Shown piece after piece: positions 18,685 to 28,486 of a stretch of DNA of 64,000 bases. This stretch comes from Bacteroidales bacterium (GTDB taxonomy: Bacteria > Bacteroidota > Bacteroidia > Bacteroidales > CAIWKO01). Where the stretch lies: contig DAOQAT010000001.1 in the NCBI GenBank assembly GCA_035354195.1, forward strand, positions 12,369 to 76,368. The letters run 5' to 3'. How positions within the stretch are numbered: position 1 is the stretch's first letter; every line of letters begins with the position of its first letter. Below the pieces are notes generated by a model. That model was not told where the DNA came from. It searched no databases and was given only the letters and a program-made list of their open reading frames with translations. The position numbers and the translations under genes were made by a program.

Positions 18685-21600
18685 TTATTCGTCGTTGTTT
18701 TGTTCGTCGGATTTTCCTATTTTTTTCAGAAAATCTTTTTTGCGTTTTTCTGTTGAGATGATAAAAGCATACTGGGGTAATTTATCCTCGGCTTTCAAAA
18801 TGTTCTTATCTGACTCCATGGCTTTTTTGATCAGGTCGTTGTAGTCTTTGCGTGAAGATATGGATTGCAATTTGTTCATCGCGTAATTAAAGTAGTACCA
18901 GTCGTTACCGACTTCAAAATACATATTGATGACGCTTCCGCTGCGTTTACGTGAAATTTCGATGTATCCGTCCACATATTTGTTGATCTGATTGTCACCA
19001 AGCATAGCAATACCTATTGGGCTTTCGGATACCAGCGACCGCGATTTCGCGTTCCAGGTGAATTTGATGTCGGAAGCTACCAGCGTATGGCTCATTTCTT
19101 CCGGGATGGATTTAAATTTTCCCGAGAGGCTGAGCTGGTTGATAAGGTCATCGGCTTTTTTTGGCCCCACCATGAAACGCATGGCATTGTAAAATTTATC
19201 TTCGGAGGGATCGGCGGGCTCCAGGGAGCCGTCGTTGATGATGTCCTGTGCAAATAGCTGATAAGCATCTTTATCGAAGAAAAAGTCAAGGTTCATGGCA
19301 ATGTCAAAAAAGGTATGGTTGTCGATCATGTTGTTCGTAACCTTGCCAAAGGACTCCAACTCAACCCTGCCGAGGTTGGCGCCCATATTTACCCGGCCCT
19401 CGCCGAAAATGACACAATTCTTTTTGTCCAGGTAAATATAGTTTTCCGGCTGGATATACTTGGCGGAAGAATCGATCACGGGGCCGACATAATAGCGTTG
19501 TGCCGCCTTGTCGTAGGTCAGCTGTCCTTTAGCGGTAATCACATCTGAGTCGTTGAAACGGTTTTTGCTCTGAACAAAAGCCGGATAAACCAGTGTAGAA
19601 TCATCCCCGATATAAAGCCCCATGCCGAGGTCGTTACCGGTAGCTCCGGCCAGGTATTCTTTTGGCTGGTCTGTAACAGGAATCGCAACATTCATCGGAT
19701 CAATATCTGCAACAAATCGCATCCACTTTGGTTTTAAGGTGTCACATTCGTGTTTGATGCGCGCCCCTCCGTCGAAATTCAAAAATTCCTTATCGGCAAA
19801 CAAAGACACCTTGCCGGTAAAAGCAAAATACGGGCTGAGGGTGAAGGCCGCTTCCTCTTTAATGTCACCGTAAGCAGCGGTTTGCCCGTTTTTATCAACC
19901 TCTATCTTTTTCAAAAATATTTTCTGTTTGTCACCAAGTTCATCGACATAGTCATAGAACCCGTTTCCTTTATAAAGTTTTTTGGAAAATATCTCCACCG
20001 TATCGTTATAAATATAATGAAATTTGGAATCGGTATTTGCAATGATTTTGGCATTTATCAGAGGCAGTATTTCAGCTTTTTTCAAAATGGTGACTTTGCC
20101 GGAATCAGGATATATAGCAGCATCTGCGACTAGTATTACCGGGACATCACGCGTGTGGATAATATTTTCGGTGAGTGTGTATACGGCATCCGGTGCATAA
20201 AAATATAAGGAATCCTGTGCGGGATGTTCAGAAATAAAATACGATTCTGTGAATTCCTCATCGGCAAGTTCTTTCAGAGTCTTGGTTTTAAGATATGAAT
20301 ACTTCTCCTTCTGGCTGCTGTGAAATTCGAGCAGGTCTTTGATCATGTACCAGTCGAAATTGTACATATAGCACGCGTAATCGTTAAACGGAAATGTGAT
20401 TTTCGAGTTTTCATCGTTTGATTTGAATTTGCCGATTTGTGTTTTAAAGTCGATATTAACATTAAAGTTTTCTGTCTTTAATACCAACTCATTCAGGTCC
20501 GGCGTCTTGAATTTTACGTTGGTGGTATCAGATGAAAACGCATGATGTTTCAGCAAATATTCATCGGAAGACATTTCCACTTTTCCGAAAGAAATAACAC
20601 CGTGGGCATTAAGCTTTTTGGAAGACAGGGTCAGCCCTCCTTTCAGCAATACTTTTGAGGAGTAAAGATCAAAGGGTTTTGAAATCTGGTTCACTTCCAT
20701 AATATCCTGGTATGGGTACCACCGTATATCAACGTCTTCAGCATACACCGGCGGGTATTCCACAGGTGTACTCTTTTCTGCTATGGTATATTCGTAAGCT
20801 TTAGCATACATGGAGTCGGGGAAGAAAATGATATCGTTGGAGCGGCTTGTTGAAGTCAGGTATTTTAAGGTTCCCTTGCCGAGGAATCCTTTATAACTCA
20901 GGTCGATAATAGAATCATAGGTGCCTTTACCGCCATATGCTTTATAGCCTCCCGGAGGGGTTTTTATCACAAAACCGAGCGAATAATCGGGCTGTACCGT
21001 CAGTGGTTCAATGATGTCAGGGAAAATTCCTGCGGAGACCAGGTATCCGTTGAATTGCTTGCGTTCACTGTTGTAGTTGTCGAGTGTGTCGATCCGAAAA
21101 GGTTGTAAACGGAAATAAAAACGGTCGCGGGAATAAACCTTATTGAAAATAAAAGGTTTGTCGTAATAAACATACGCATCTTTTTTACTTATAAAAGAGG
21201 GGAAGGTGGGAAATGATTTTAGCCCGGATTTGTTGTTAGGGTGGTCGATGAGCAATTCGCCATTCAGGTTTTCAATAACCGTCCTGACTTTTACCAGCGG
21301 GTGATGCCCGTATAGATCTGTCGGTTTGGTGCGGTCCTGGACTTTAAAACTCATAGAGTCGGTCATAGGCATTTCGAACTTGAACATATCGTATTTGAAT
21401 TCGATTTTTTTTCCGTAAAAATCAAATAACCCGGCATGGATCCTGCCATCAAACTCGAAATCGCGGTTTTTTTTCAGTATGAGTTCCTGTTCGTAAGGAT
21501 CTACATAAACATATTGGGAGTCGCTGAGGTGAACACGTGCCACCCCGCGGAGTTTTAATTCATTGTTCAACAGGTTGAGTGTGCCGTTGCTTTGCGCTGA

Positions 21601-23205
21601 AATCACCGAATTCAGTTGGATTACATCATAATCGGTCTTGCCAATTTTTGCATTTATGTAATTATAAATACGGTCTTTCAACACCACGATGCCGTCGTCG
21701 ATGTTGTAAATGATAAATCCTTTTTCCGCGAAGGTCAGCAACATAGCCTGCACCTGTGATGGCTCGACTTTCATTTTATTGATGACATCCTTTTCGGTTA
21801 TTACTTTGGACCCTTTGGCATCGCCGATCTGCTTGAGAACAACCAGGGGGTGAACTTCATCAAGGCCCCGGAGTTTTTCCCACCGGTATTCATTATAATA
21901 ATTATCCGACTCAAAAATGGCCGTGCTTTCATTACCCAATCCCCTGATGAAGGTAAAGTCCATCTTTGGCTGATCCAGTTTCCAGTAAAGCGCCTGAAAG
22001 TACATGTCGATTTTATGATATGTGTTAAAATACGGGCTTTTCGATATCCCGTTTTCATCCCGGATCAGGCTCAATTCACGGTTTTCATTATTATATTTCA
22101 TGTTCAGCCCCGGATGGAAGATAGAGTCAGCGTCAAGATAAATGACAACAGCAGACCTGTCGGAGCCAATCAGGTCCTTACGGATAATGAATTCTTTGGA
22201 AGAGAGTTTCACAAAACGTTTGTTATCTCTTTTGATATAGATATGGGCATCTTCTTCGGCACTTCCTTTACCAAGAAGCTTATTTCCGTGCATAGCAAAA
22301 CCGCCGGCAAAATCAATATCTTTGAAAATGTCTTTTATCTCCAGGCTGTTATCAAAAGATGTGAACCTTGGATAAGATATCCTGTCCTCACTCACATCGG
22401 CAAGAACTTTTTCAGTCAGGGATCCTTTTAGTGGACGTTGAAAAAAGTTGGTATTATAAAAGGTGACGGTATCTACATCAAACTCTGATTTGGTGAGCTG
22501 GATGGTGTATTTTTTGTGAATTTCCGCATGTACCTCCTCCCATGGTAATCCAGCCCGGTCCCAATAAACTTTTCCATCCTTTCCTTCCCATTTATTCAGC
22601 GTGGGATAAAACTTTCCCTGTGTGCCATAAATGCAGGTACTGTCGTTTTTCTTGACACAAGTAAGGTCCAGCGAAGGAAAGTCAAAATAGGGCACCGTGT
22701 CGTATTTGAATGTAAAGTCACCGGAGTTGGATTTCCAGAACAACAATTGCGTTTCGTAAAGGTAATTTTTGGTCAGTAAAAGGTTCGTGGCCTCAAGCAG
22801 CGACATAAAACGAATATTATTTGACATCTTAGCCAGCTTTCTAAGGCTGAACTGCCATTCCTCGAAGCTTTCCACCGGAAGTTTTGAATTATGAAAATTG
22901 ATCGTAGCGCGCAGGTATTGTTCGAAATTGGGATAAGTTTTCATTTTGCGTTTCAGCATCACGTTGCACATCTCGTAAATCGAGTCTTTTTCCTCCTTGT
23001 CAAATTTGTTCAGCCACATATCGGTAAAATCAACCATGACCTTTTTCCCCAGATCTTTCTGTTCCGAAGAAGATACGGCCTCAAACATATCGGTAAGCTC
23101 TTTTAAAAAAGCTTCCGGAGTTTTTGAGAATTGCTTTAACGGCTGTGCGATAATGTTCGCGCTTCCGAACAAAATAAAAATGAGAAGGAGGAATATTTTT
23201 TTCAT
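18685..23205 (-). CDS. very large secreted protein of unknown function (1506 aa)
   Basis: Uninterrupted 4.5-kb ORF with the signal peptide MKKIFLLLIFILFGSANIIAQ. I recognise no catalytic, repeat or CTD motif. It starts 9 nt after prmA ends. Confidence 0.8.
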   Translation of the reverse strand: MKKIFLLLIFILFGSANIIAQPLKQFSKTPEAFLKELTDMFEAVSSSEQKDLGKKVMVDFTDMWLNKFDKEEKDSIYEMCNVMLKRKMKTYPNFEQYLRATINFHNSKLPVESFEEWQFSLRKLAKMSNNIRFMSLLEATNLLLTKNYLYETQLLFWKSNSGDFTFKYDTVPYFDFPSLDLTCVKKNDSTCIYGTQGKFYPTLNKWEGKDGKVYWDRAGLPWEEVHAEIHKKYTIQLTKSEFDVDTVTFYNTNFFQRPLKGSLTEKVLADVSEDRISYPRFTSFDNSLEIKDIFKDIDFAGGFAMHGNKLLGKGSAEEDAHIYIKRDNKRFVKLSSKEFIIRKDLIGSDRSAVVIYLDADSIFHPGLNMKYNNENRELSLIRDENGISKSPYFNTYHKIDMYFQALYWKLDQPKMDFTFIRGLGNESTAIFESDNYYNEYRWEKLRGLDEVHPLVVLKQIGDAKGSKVITEKDVINKMKVEPSQVQAMLLTFAEKGFIIYNIDDGIVVLKDRIYNYINAKIGKTDYDVIQLNSVISAQSNGTLNLLNNELKLRGVARVHLSDSQYVYVDPYEQELILKKNRDFEFDGRIHAGLFDFYGKKIEFKYDMFKFEMPMTDSMSFKVQDRTKPTDLYGHHPLVKVRTVIENLNGELLIDHPNNKSGLKSFPTFPSFISKKDAYVYYDKPFIFNKVYSRDRFYFRLQPFRIDTLDNYNSERKQFNGYLVSAGIFPDIIEPLTVQPDYSLGFVIKTPPGGYKAYGGKGTYDSIIDLSYKGFLGKGTLKYLTSTSRSNDIIFFPDSMYAKAYEYTIAEKSTPVEYPPVYAEDVDIRWYPYQDIMEVNQISKPFDLYSSKVLLKGGLTLSSKKLNAHGVISFGKVEMSSDEYLLKHHAFSSDTTNVKFKTPDLNELVLKTENFNVNIDFKTQIGKFKSNDENSKITFPFNDYACYMYNFDWYMIKDLLEFHSSQKEKYSYLKTKTLKELADEEFTESYFISEHPAQDSLYFYAPDAVYTLTENIIHTRDVPVILVADAAIYPDSGKVTILKKAEILPLINAKIIANTDSKFHYIYNDTVEIFSKKLYKGNGFYDYVDELGDKQKIFLKKIEVDKNGQTAAYGDIKEEAAFTLSPYFAFTGKVSLFADKEFLNFDGGARIKHECDTLKPKWMRFVADIDPMNVAIPVTDQPKEYLAGATGNDLGMGLYIGDDSTLVYPAFVQSKNRFNDSDVITAKGQLTYDKAAQRYYVGPVIDSSAKYIQPENYIYLDKKNCVIFGEGRVNMGANLGRVELESFGKVTNNMIDNHTFFDIAMNLDFFFDKDAYQLFAQDIINDGSLEPADPSEDKFYNAMRFMVGPKKADDLINQLSLSGKFKSIPEEMSHTLVASDIKFTWNAKSRSLVSESPIGIAMLGDNQINKYVDGYIEISRKRSGSVINMYFEVGNDWYYFNYAMNKLQSISSRKDYNDLIKKAMESDKNILKAEDKLPQYAFIISTEKRKKDFLKKIGKSDEQNNDE

Positions 23206-23214
23206 AAACTAAAA

Positions 23215-24045
23215 TTATTTTTTGGTATAAACCGATGCACACCAGGAATTCATCGTAATATAACGTACATGTTGCAGCCCGCATTGTGCCGCTTTCTGGT
23301 TTATCATTGTAACATCCGCTTCATAAAAACCACTTAATAGCAGGGTGCCTCCCTGTTTCAGGGCAGTAGCATAAGCCGGAATATCACTGAGAAGCACATT
23401 TCGGTTGATGTTTGCCAGGATCAGGCCAAAACTGTGCTGCCCGATGGAGGTAACATCGCCATGCAATACTTCAATGTCGGCCGCATGATTTTTTTCGATA
23501 TTTTCAATGGAGTTGTTGTATGCCCATTCATCATTATCGATCGCCAGAACTTTTGAAGCCCCCATTTTTTTTGCCAATATGGCAAGCACGGCAGTTCCGC
23601 AACCCATATCAAGTACCTCTTTTTCGTGAACATCCTGCTCCAGCAACAGTTGCACCATCATGTGGGTGGTTTCGTGGTGGCCGGTGCCGAATGACATTTT
23701 TGGTTCAATAATGATCTCATATCTGATACCAGCTACCTCAGGATGAAAAGGCGCCCGGATATAGCATTCGTTGCCGATCTGCACCGGCTCGAAGTTGCTT
23801 TCCCAGACCGCATTCCAGTTTTGTTCAGGGATCTGGTTCAATGAATAATTGATCTTGATTTCTTTATTACTGAATATGCTTAGAGTTTCAAACGTTTCAG
23901 CGTTAAAAGATTTTTCAGGGATATAGGCCGAAAAACCTCTGTCTGTCTCGGCAAAAGATTCAAAACCATATTCTGATAAGGTGGCAATAACTATTTCAGT
24001 GTATCTTGGCGGAAAAACTTCACAGTTCAGTTCAAGGTAGTTCAT
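23215..24045 (-). CDS. prmA: ribosomal protein L11 methyltransferase
   Basis: 276 aa. It has the PrmA N-domain and SAM motif VLDMGCGTAVLAILAKKMGA, and a 4-nt overlap with tpiA. Confidence 0.9.
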   Translation of the reverse strand: MNYLELNCEVFPPRYTEIVIATLSEYGFESFAETDRGFSAYIPEKSFNAETFETLSIFSNKEIKINYSLNQIPEQNWNAVWESNFEPVQIGNECYIRAPFHPEVAGIRYEIIIEPKMSFGTGHHETTHMMVQLLLEQDVHEKEVLDMGCGTAVLAILAKKMGASKVLAIDNDEWAYNNSIENIEKNHAADIEVLHGDVTSIGQHSFGLILANINRNVLLSDIPAYATALKQGGTLLLSGFYEADVTMINQKAAQCGLQHVRYITMNSWCASVYTKK

Positions 24046-24830
24046 TGATTGATTTTTGAAATGGATTCAATAATGGAAACAAAATCACCTGCCTTGAGCG
24101 ATGCCCCTCCAATAAGCCCGCCGTCTACATCGGGCATGGCAAATAGGGTAGCGGCATTTTGGGCATTACAGCTTCCGCCATAGAGCAACGAGATGTTGTC
24201 AGTGGTTTCTTGTCCAAACTTCACCCCGATAAGTTGCCGGATAAAGGAATGCATTTCCTGGGCCTGTTCCGGTGTGGCTGTCAGCCCGGTACCTATGGCC
24301 CAAACCGGCTCGTAGGCAATAACGATCTTGCGGAAATCGGGTTCTTTCAATTGGAAAATCGCCTCGGCAAGTTGTTGCCTGACCACATTAAAATGTTTGC
24401 CTGACTTTCGTTCGTCAAGCAGTTCCCCGATGCAAAATATGGGTTTGAGGTTGTGCTGTAATGCTAATTCAACTTTTTTCAGCAGCAGGGCATTACTTTC
24501 CTGAAAATACATTCTTCGTTCGGAGTGCCCGATGATCACATATCTGGCGCCTGTTGAATATACCATAGCCGCTGAAACTTCCCCGGTATATGCTCCTTTT
24601 TCTTCGGCATAACAGTTTTGAGCTGCGACGTAAACTCCCGGCTGTTCACCGATAAGTTCTTTACACAAACTAAGAAAAGGAAACGGAGGTGCCAGGATTA
24701 TTTCGGCCTTATTTTCGGCAGAAAGGCAGGCGCTTTGTTTCAGCCCGTTAAGGATTCCTTCCACAAGGGCCCTGGCTTCGGGCATGGTATTGTTCATTTT
24801 CCAGTTTCCGGCAATAATTTTTTTTCTCAT
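24042..24830 (-). CDS. tpiA: triose-phosphate isomerase
   Basis: Motifs IIAGNWKMN, IIGHSERR and AYEPVWAIGTG. I moved the start to the MRKKII ATG at 24830. The track start at 24866 adds 12 non-conserved residues. Confidence 0.95.
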   Translation of the reverse strand: MRKKIIAGNWKMNNTMPEARALVEGILNGLKQSACLSAENKAEIILAPPFPFLSLCKELIGEQPGVYVAAQNCYAEEKGAYTGEVSAAMVYSTGARYVIIGHSERRMYFQESNALLLKKVELALQHNLKPIFCIGELLDERKSGKHFNVVRQQLAEAIFQLKEPDFRKIVIAYEPVWAIGTGLTATPEQAQEMHSFIRQLIGVKFGQETTDNISLLYGGSCNAQNAATLFAMPDVDGGLIGGASLKAGDFVSIIESISKINQ

Positions 24831-24909
24831 GATTTTTGGTGATGATCCGTAATAGCAAAAATACATTTTAACAGCGTACCTTGTTCATAATTTAAAAAAA
24901 AGTTACTTT

Positions 24910-24917
24910 TACTTTTG
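24910..24917 (+). promoter_or_regulatory. candidate -7 box (TACTTTTG) for the acyl-CoA synthetase gene
   Basis: Exact TAnnTTTG, 21 nt upstream of the ATG at 24938. Confidence 0.4.
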
Positions 24918-24937
24918 TTAACCGAATAACTTATGTT

Positions 24938-26848
24938 ATGACCATTCCGGAATTATTTGAATCATCCGTAACGAAATATGGCCAGAATCCTGTTTTATGG
25001 GAAAAATTGGGCGAAGCTTATACCAGTATCAGCTATGCGGAGGCATATCAGCGGGTGCTGAATTTTGCCAATGGGCTGCTTTGGCTCGGTGTGCATAAAA
25101 ATGATAAAATCATACTTCTGGCGGAAGGCCGCAGTGAATGGGTGATCGCCGAGCTTGGGGTTTTGTATACAGGAGCGGTCAGCGTTCCGGTATCCGTAAA
25201 AATTGATGAGATAGGGGAGTTGCAATTCCGGATGGAACACTCCGAGGCACGTTTTATTATCGTTTCGGGAAGGCAATTGCCAAAAATTTTACAATTTAAA
25301 AATAAATTGCCCCGGGTAGAAAAGGTCATTCTCCTGGATGATATGGAAGTGAATGACGAAAACATCATCAGCCACTCCGAATTACTGAAACAGGGAATCC
25401 AATACCGGCAGGAAAATCCTGATAAGTTGCTTAACATCACGAAACAGATCCAGCCCGATGATTACGCGAATATCTGTTATACTTCAGGAACCACTGCCGA
25501 CCCGAAAGGTATTTTGCTCACACATCGCAATTATACGGCAAATGTCTGGCAGGCTTCCCTGCTATTTGATGTTCCACAATGGTATGTGTCCCTGATGATC
25601 CTGCCCTGGGATCATTCTTTTGCCCATACGGTGGGCATTTATACGCTTTTGAAAAATGGCGCCAGCCTGGCTTCAGTGCAACTGGGAAAATCATACATCG
25701 AAACCGTGAAAAATATTCCTGTAAATATACGGGAGACAAGGCCTGTGTTTTTATTGAGTGTTCCGGCTCTTGCAAAAAATTTTAAAGCCAGTATCGAGAA
25801 AGGGATACGCGACAAGGGGAGTTTCACCAATAAACTTTTTCATGCTGCACTGAAAACCGCGTATTATTATAATTCTTTCGGTTATGATAAAGGCAAAGGG
25901 CTGCGTATTTTGGTAAAACCTTTGTACAAACTTTTCGACCTGATCTTGTTTAAAAAAATCCGGGCTGTTTTTGGCGGCCGATTGAAATTTTTTGTTGGCG
26001 GCGGCGCTTTACTGGATATTGATTTTCAACGTTTTTTTTATGCCATTGGCATTCCGATTTTTCAGGGATATGGCCTCACCGAGGCTTCTCCTATCATTTC
26101 TTCCAACACGCCTGAGTTTCATAAACTGGGCTCTTCGGGTAAACCGGTCAGCAATATGGAATTGAAAATCTGTGACGAACAAGGTAATTCTCTGAAGCAA
26201 GGCCAACAGGGAGAAATTGTTATTAAAGGCGAAAATGTGATGGCCGGGTATTGGAGAAATGACAAGGCCACCGCCCAAACAGTTCGTGATGGTTGGTTGT
26301 TCACGGGCGACCTTGGCTATCTGGATCCGGATGGCTACCTTTATGTTTTGGGCAGGTTTAAAAGCCTGTTGATTGGCAGTGACGGCGAAAAATACAGTCC
26401 GGAAGCTATCGAAGAAGCCATGGTGAACAATTCACAATTTATTGACCAGGTGATGCTGTATAATAATCAGAAACCATACACGGTGGCTCTTATAGTGCCG
26501 AATTTCGAAAGATTGAAAAGCTATATAAAGGAAAAAAATAATGTCTCGACAGAATCAGATGCCCAAAAGCAGGCGGTAAAGCTTATCCACGATGAAATCA
26601 GTCAATATCTTGAAGGCGGAAAATTCCATGGTTTGTTTCCCAAACGCTGGATTCCTTCTTCGTTTGCCATTATCACCGAACCTTTTTCGGAACAAAACCG
26701 CATGATAAACTCCACGATGAAAATGGTTCGCGGACGTATCACCGAAGAATACCTGCCACGCATCACATACATGTACACAGCTGAAGGTAAGGATATTTTC
26801 AATCGCTTGAATCTGGATGCGTTGGGAAAAAATGCGTTTGAGGAATAG
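24938..26848 (+). CDS. long-chain fatty acid-CoA ligase (AMP-forming)
   Basis: 636 aa. The AMP-binding motifs are YTSGTTADPKG, GYGLTE and TGDLGYLDPDGYL. Confidence 0.9.
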   Translation: MTIPELFESSVTKYGQNPVLWEKLGEAYTSISYAEAYQRVLNFANGLLWLGVHKNDKIILLAEGRSEWVIAELGVLYTGAVSVPVSVKIDEIGELQFRMEHSEARFIIVSGRQLPKILQFKNKLPRVEKVILLDDMEVNDENIISHSELLKQGIQYRQENPDKLLNITKQIQPDDYANICYTSGTTADPKGILLTHRNYTANVWQASLLFDVPQWYVSLMILPWDHSFAHTVGIYTLLKNGASLASVQLGKSYIETVKNIPVNIRETRPVFLLSVPALAKNFKASIEKGIRDKGSFTNKLFHAALKTAYYYNSFGYDKGKGLRILVKPLYKLFDLILFKKIRAVFGGRLKFFVGGGALLDIDFQRFFYAIGIPIFQGYGLTEASPIISSNTPEFHKLGSSGKPVSNMELKICDEQGNSLKQGQQGEIVIKGENVMAGYWRNDKATAQTVRDGWLFTGDLGYLDPDGYLYVLGRFKSLLIGSDGEKYSPEAIEEAMVNNSQFIDQVMLYNNQKPYTVALIVPNFERLKSYIKEKNNVSTESDAQKQAVKLIHDEISQYLEGGKFHGLFPKRWIPSSFAIITEPFSEQNRMINSTMKMVRGRITEEYLPRITYMYTAEGKDIFNRLNLDALGKNAFEE

Positions 26849-26922
26849 TGATTTTTCTGCAGGCACACATGACAAAACTGTATAATGGGGGCGAAGGAAA
26901 GAACCCTTAATTGTTATCGTTA

Positions 26923-28359
26923 TCAGTTTTTATGCGTCACGATGAGTTTCTTTTTAATATTCTGTTCGTCGGTTATGATTTGAATGATATAAACCCCGTT
27001 ATTCAGAAGTTCAAAATCAACACTTGATTTTTGGTATAAGTCTTCCCTTTTTACAATTCGGTTGCCTATTGAATTAAATATTTGAATTTCTTGTGTAGTT
27101 GGTGGAATTGTAACCGTAAATTTTCCTGTGCTTGGATTCGGAAAAACATTATAAATTTCTATTGCTTCAACTGTATCATTTGGATCAATAAAAAAGGAAT
27201 CGGGGTGAAGCTCACCATAAATAATTCCATTTATTTTACAACCGACTAATGTACTGTCAACCCGATCAGCTATAGGATAATAAGAATCACTATGAGCTGA
27301 AAAGAAATTATATAATCCTTTACCTTCTAAATAACTTATGTAACTATAGGCAAATTGGTTATAAACATATACGATGTCGTTGTCATGACTAGGTCCAAAC
27401 AATCTACTAAGTGCTTTCCCATCAGCATCAAGTTCGTTATTATGAAAAAAATATAATTGCCTGAAAATACTGTCGTTACCTACATATTCCTTGTTGTAAA
27501 AATTAAGGTAGCTATATTGGTTTTTGATTAAAATGAATTGTGATGAACCACATTCATAAATTAACGTATGGGGTATCCCATATCCATTGGGAGTACTGGA
27601 TAGCTTTAAAAAATTAATATTATAGGAAATGGTGTCATTATTTATTGATTTAGATGTGATGGTATATTTATAATTCGAGCTGGAATAATATGAAGAATAA
27701 ACTGAAGGTGTTAAATGTTCACTTTTGGTGTAATATTCAAATACATCACCAATATTAAAAATTAAATAATCTTCAAGTTTGGGAATATTCAACCCTAAAT
27801 TCAAGCCTTCGATTCCTGCCAAATTATATTTTTTTGAATGCAAATATGAAACTGAAAACTTTATTATTCCGTAGTTTTTGCTTAGGATAATGGTGTCAGA
27901 ACTTGATAGTTTGATTGTTTTTACCGAATCATCATTACCCAATATTGGTAAATAACCAACATCAATTATTTGAGCTGAAATATTATTTAAGCTGTCGAAA
28001 ATCCAGGAATCACCGAGAGAACAATTCGGTTTTATAATAAATGTAGAAGTGTCCGTAAAAATTATTTCCCCGGTGGATTTTTTTATCATTTTTCTTTGCA
28101 GAAACTGAGGAGCATTTTTTATCATTTTATAATTTTCCTTCAGTGTAACAATTTTGTTTAAATAATAAACAGAATCATTATCAGAAAAGCCTACAGAATC
28201 GGTCCATATCGTGCAAATATTTTCAAATACATTAGAATCTGCGTAATAATTGTATTTATAGGCGGTATTTATCGGCATCCAGTTCTGAGCATAAGAATTG
28301 ACGCTTGCGCAAAATAACAGGATGATTAAATATGTATGTTTAAATGAAAAATTTTCCAT
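26923..28359 (-). CDS. T9SS C-terminal-domain cargo protein, unknown function
   Basis: The C-terminus NVFPNPSTGKFTVTI...GVYIIQI is a Por secretion tail. I moved the start to MENFSFKHTYLIILLFCASVNSYAQ (ATG at 28359), which gives a signal peptide. The DNA is very AT-rich (12/60 G+C in 27601-27660). Confidence 0.75.
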   Translation of the reverse strand: MENFSFKHTYLIILLFCASVNSYAQNWMPINTAYKYNYYADSNVFENICTIWTDSVGFSDNDSVYYLNKIVTLKENYKMIKNAPQFLQRKMIKKSTGEIIFTDTSTFIIKPNCSLGDSWIFDSLNNISAQIIDVGYLPILGNDDSVKTIKLSSSDTIILSKNYGIIKFSVSYLHSKKYNLAGIEGLNLGLNIPKLEDYLIFNIGDVFEYYTKSEHLTPSVYSSYYSSSNYKYTITSKSINNDTISYNINFLKLSSTPNGYGIPHTLIYECGSSQFILIKNQYSYLNFYNKEYVGNDSIFRQLYFFHNNELDADGKALSRLFGPSHDNDIVYVYNQFAYSYISYLEGKGLYNFFSAHSDSYYPIADRVDSTLVGCKINGIIYGELHPDSFFIDPNDTVEAIEIYNVFPNPSTGKFTVTIPPTTQEIQIFNSIGNRIVKREDLYQKSSVDFELLNNGVYIIQIITDEQNIKKKLIVTHKN

Positions 28360-28486
28360 AATTCTTTCAAACAACAAATTTAGATAAAACGAATGAATAA
28401 TGCAAAAAATATTTTGGATACCAGCAATCATAAAAGTGATAGCTTCATTGTAAATGAAACTATCACTATGACAAAGCAAAAACTTT

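Noticed and set aside
21850-22431. 193-aa plus-strand ORF inside the 1506-aa gene
   Set aside because: It is an antisense shadow ORF within a long uninterrupted coding region. Its composition is low-complexity and rich in Phe, Ile and Lys.
18685-23205. Identification of the 1506-aa protein as TamB/AsmA-like or SprA-like
   Set aside because: It has a cleavable signal peptide rather than the N-terminal anchor helix typical of TamB. I recognise no DUF490-like C-terminus and no adjacent TamA. The Omp85 gene is 21 kb away. I left it unknown.
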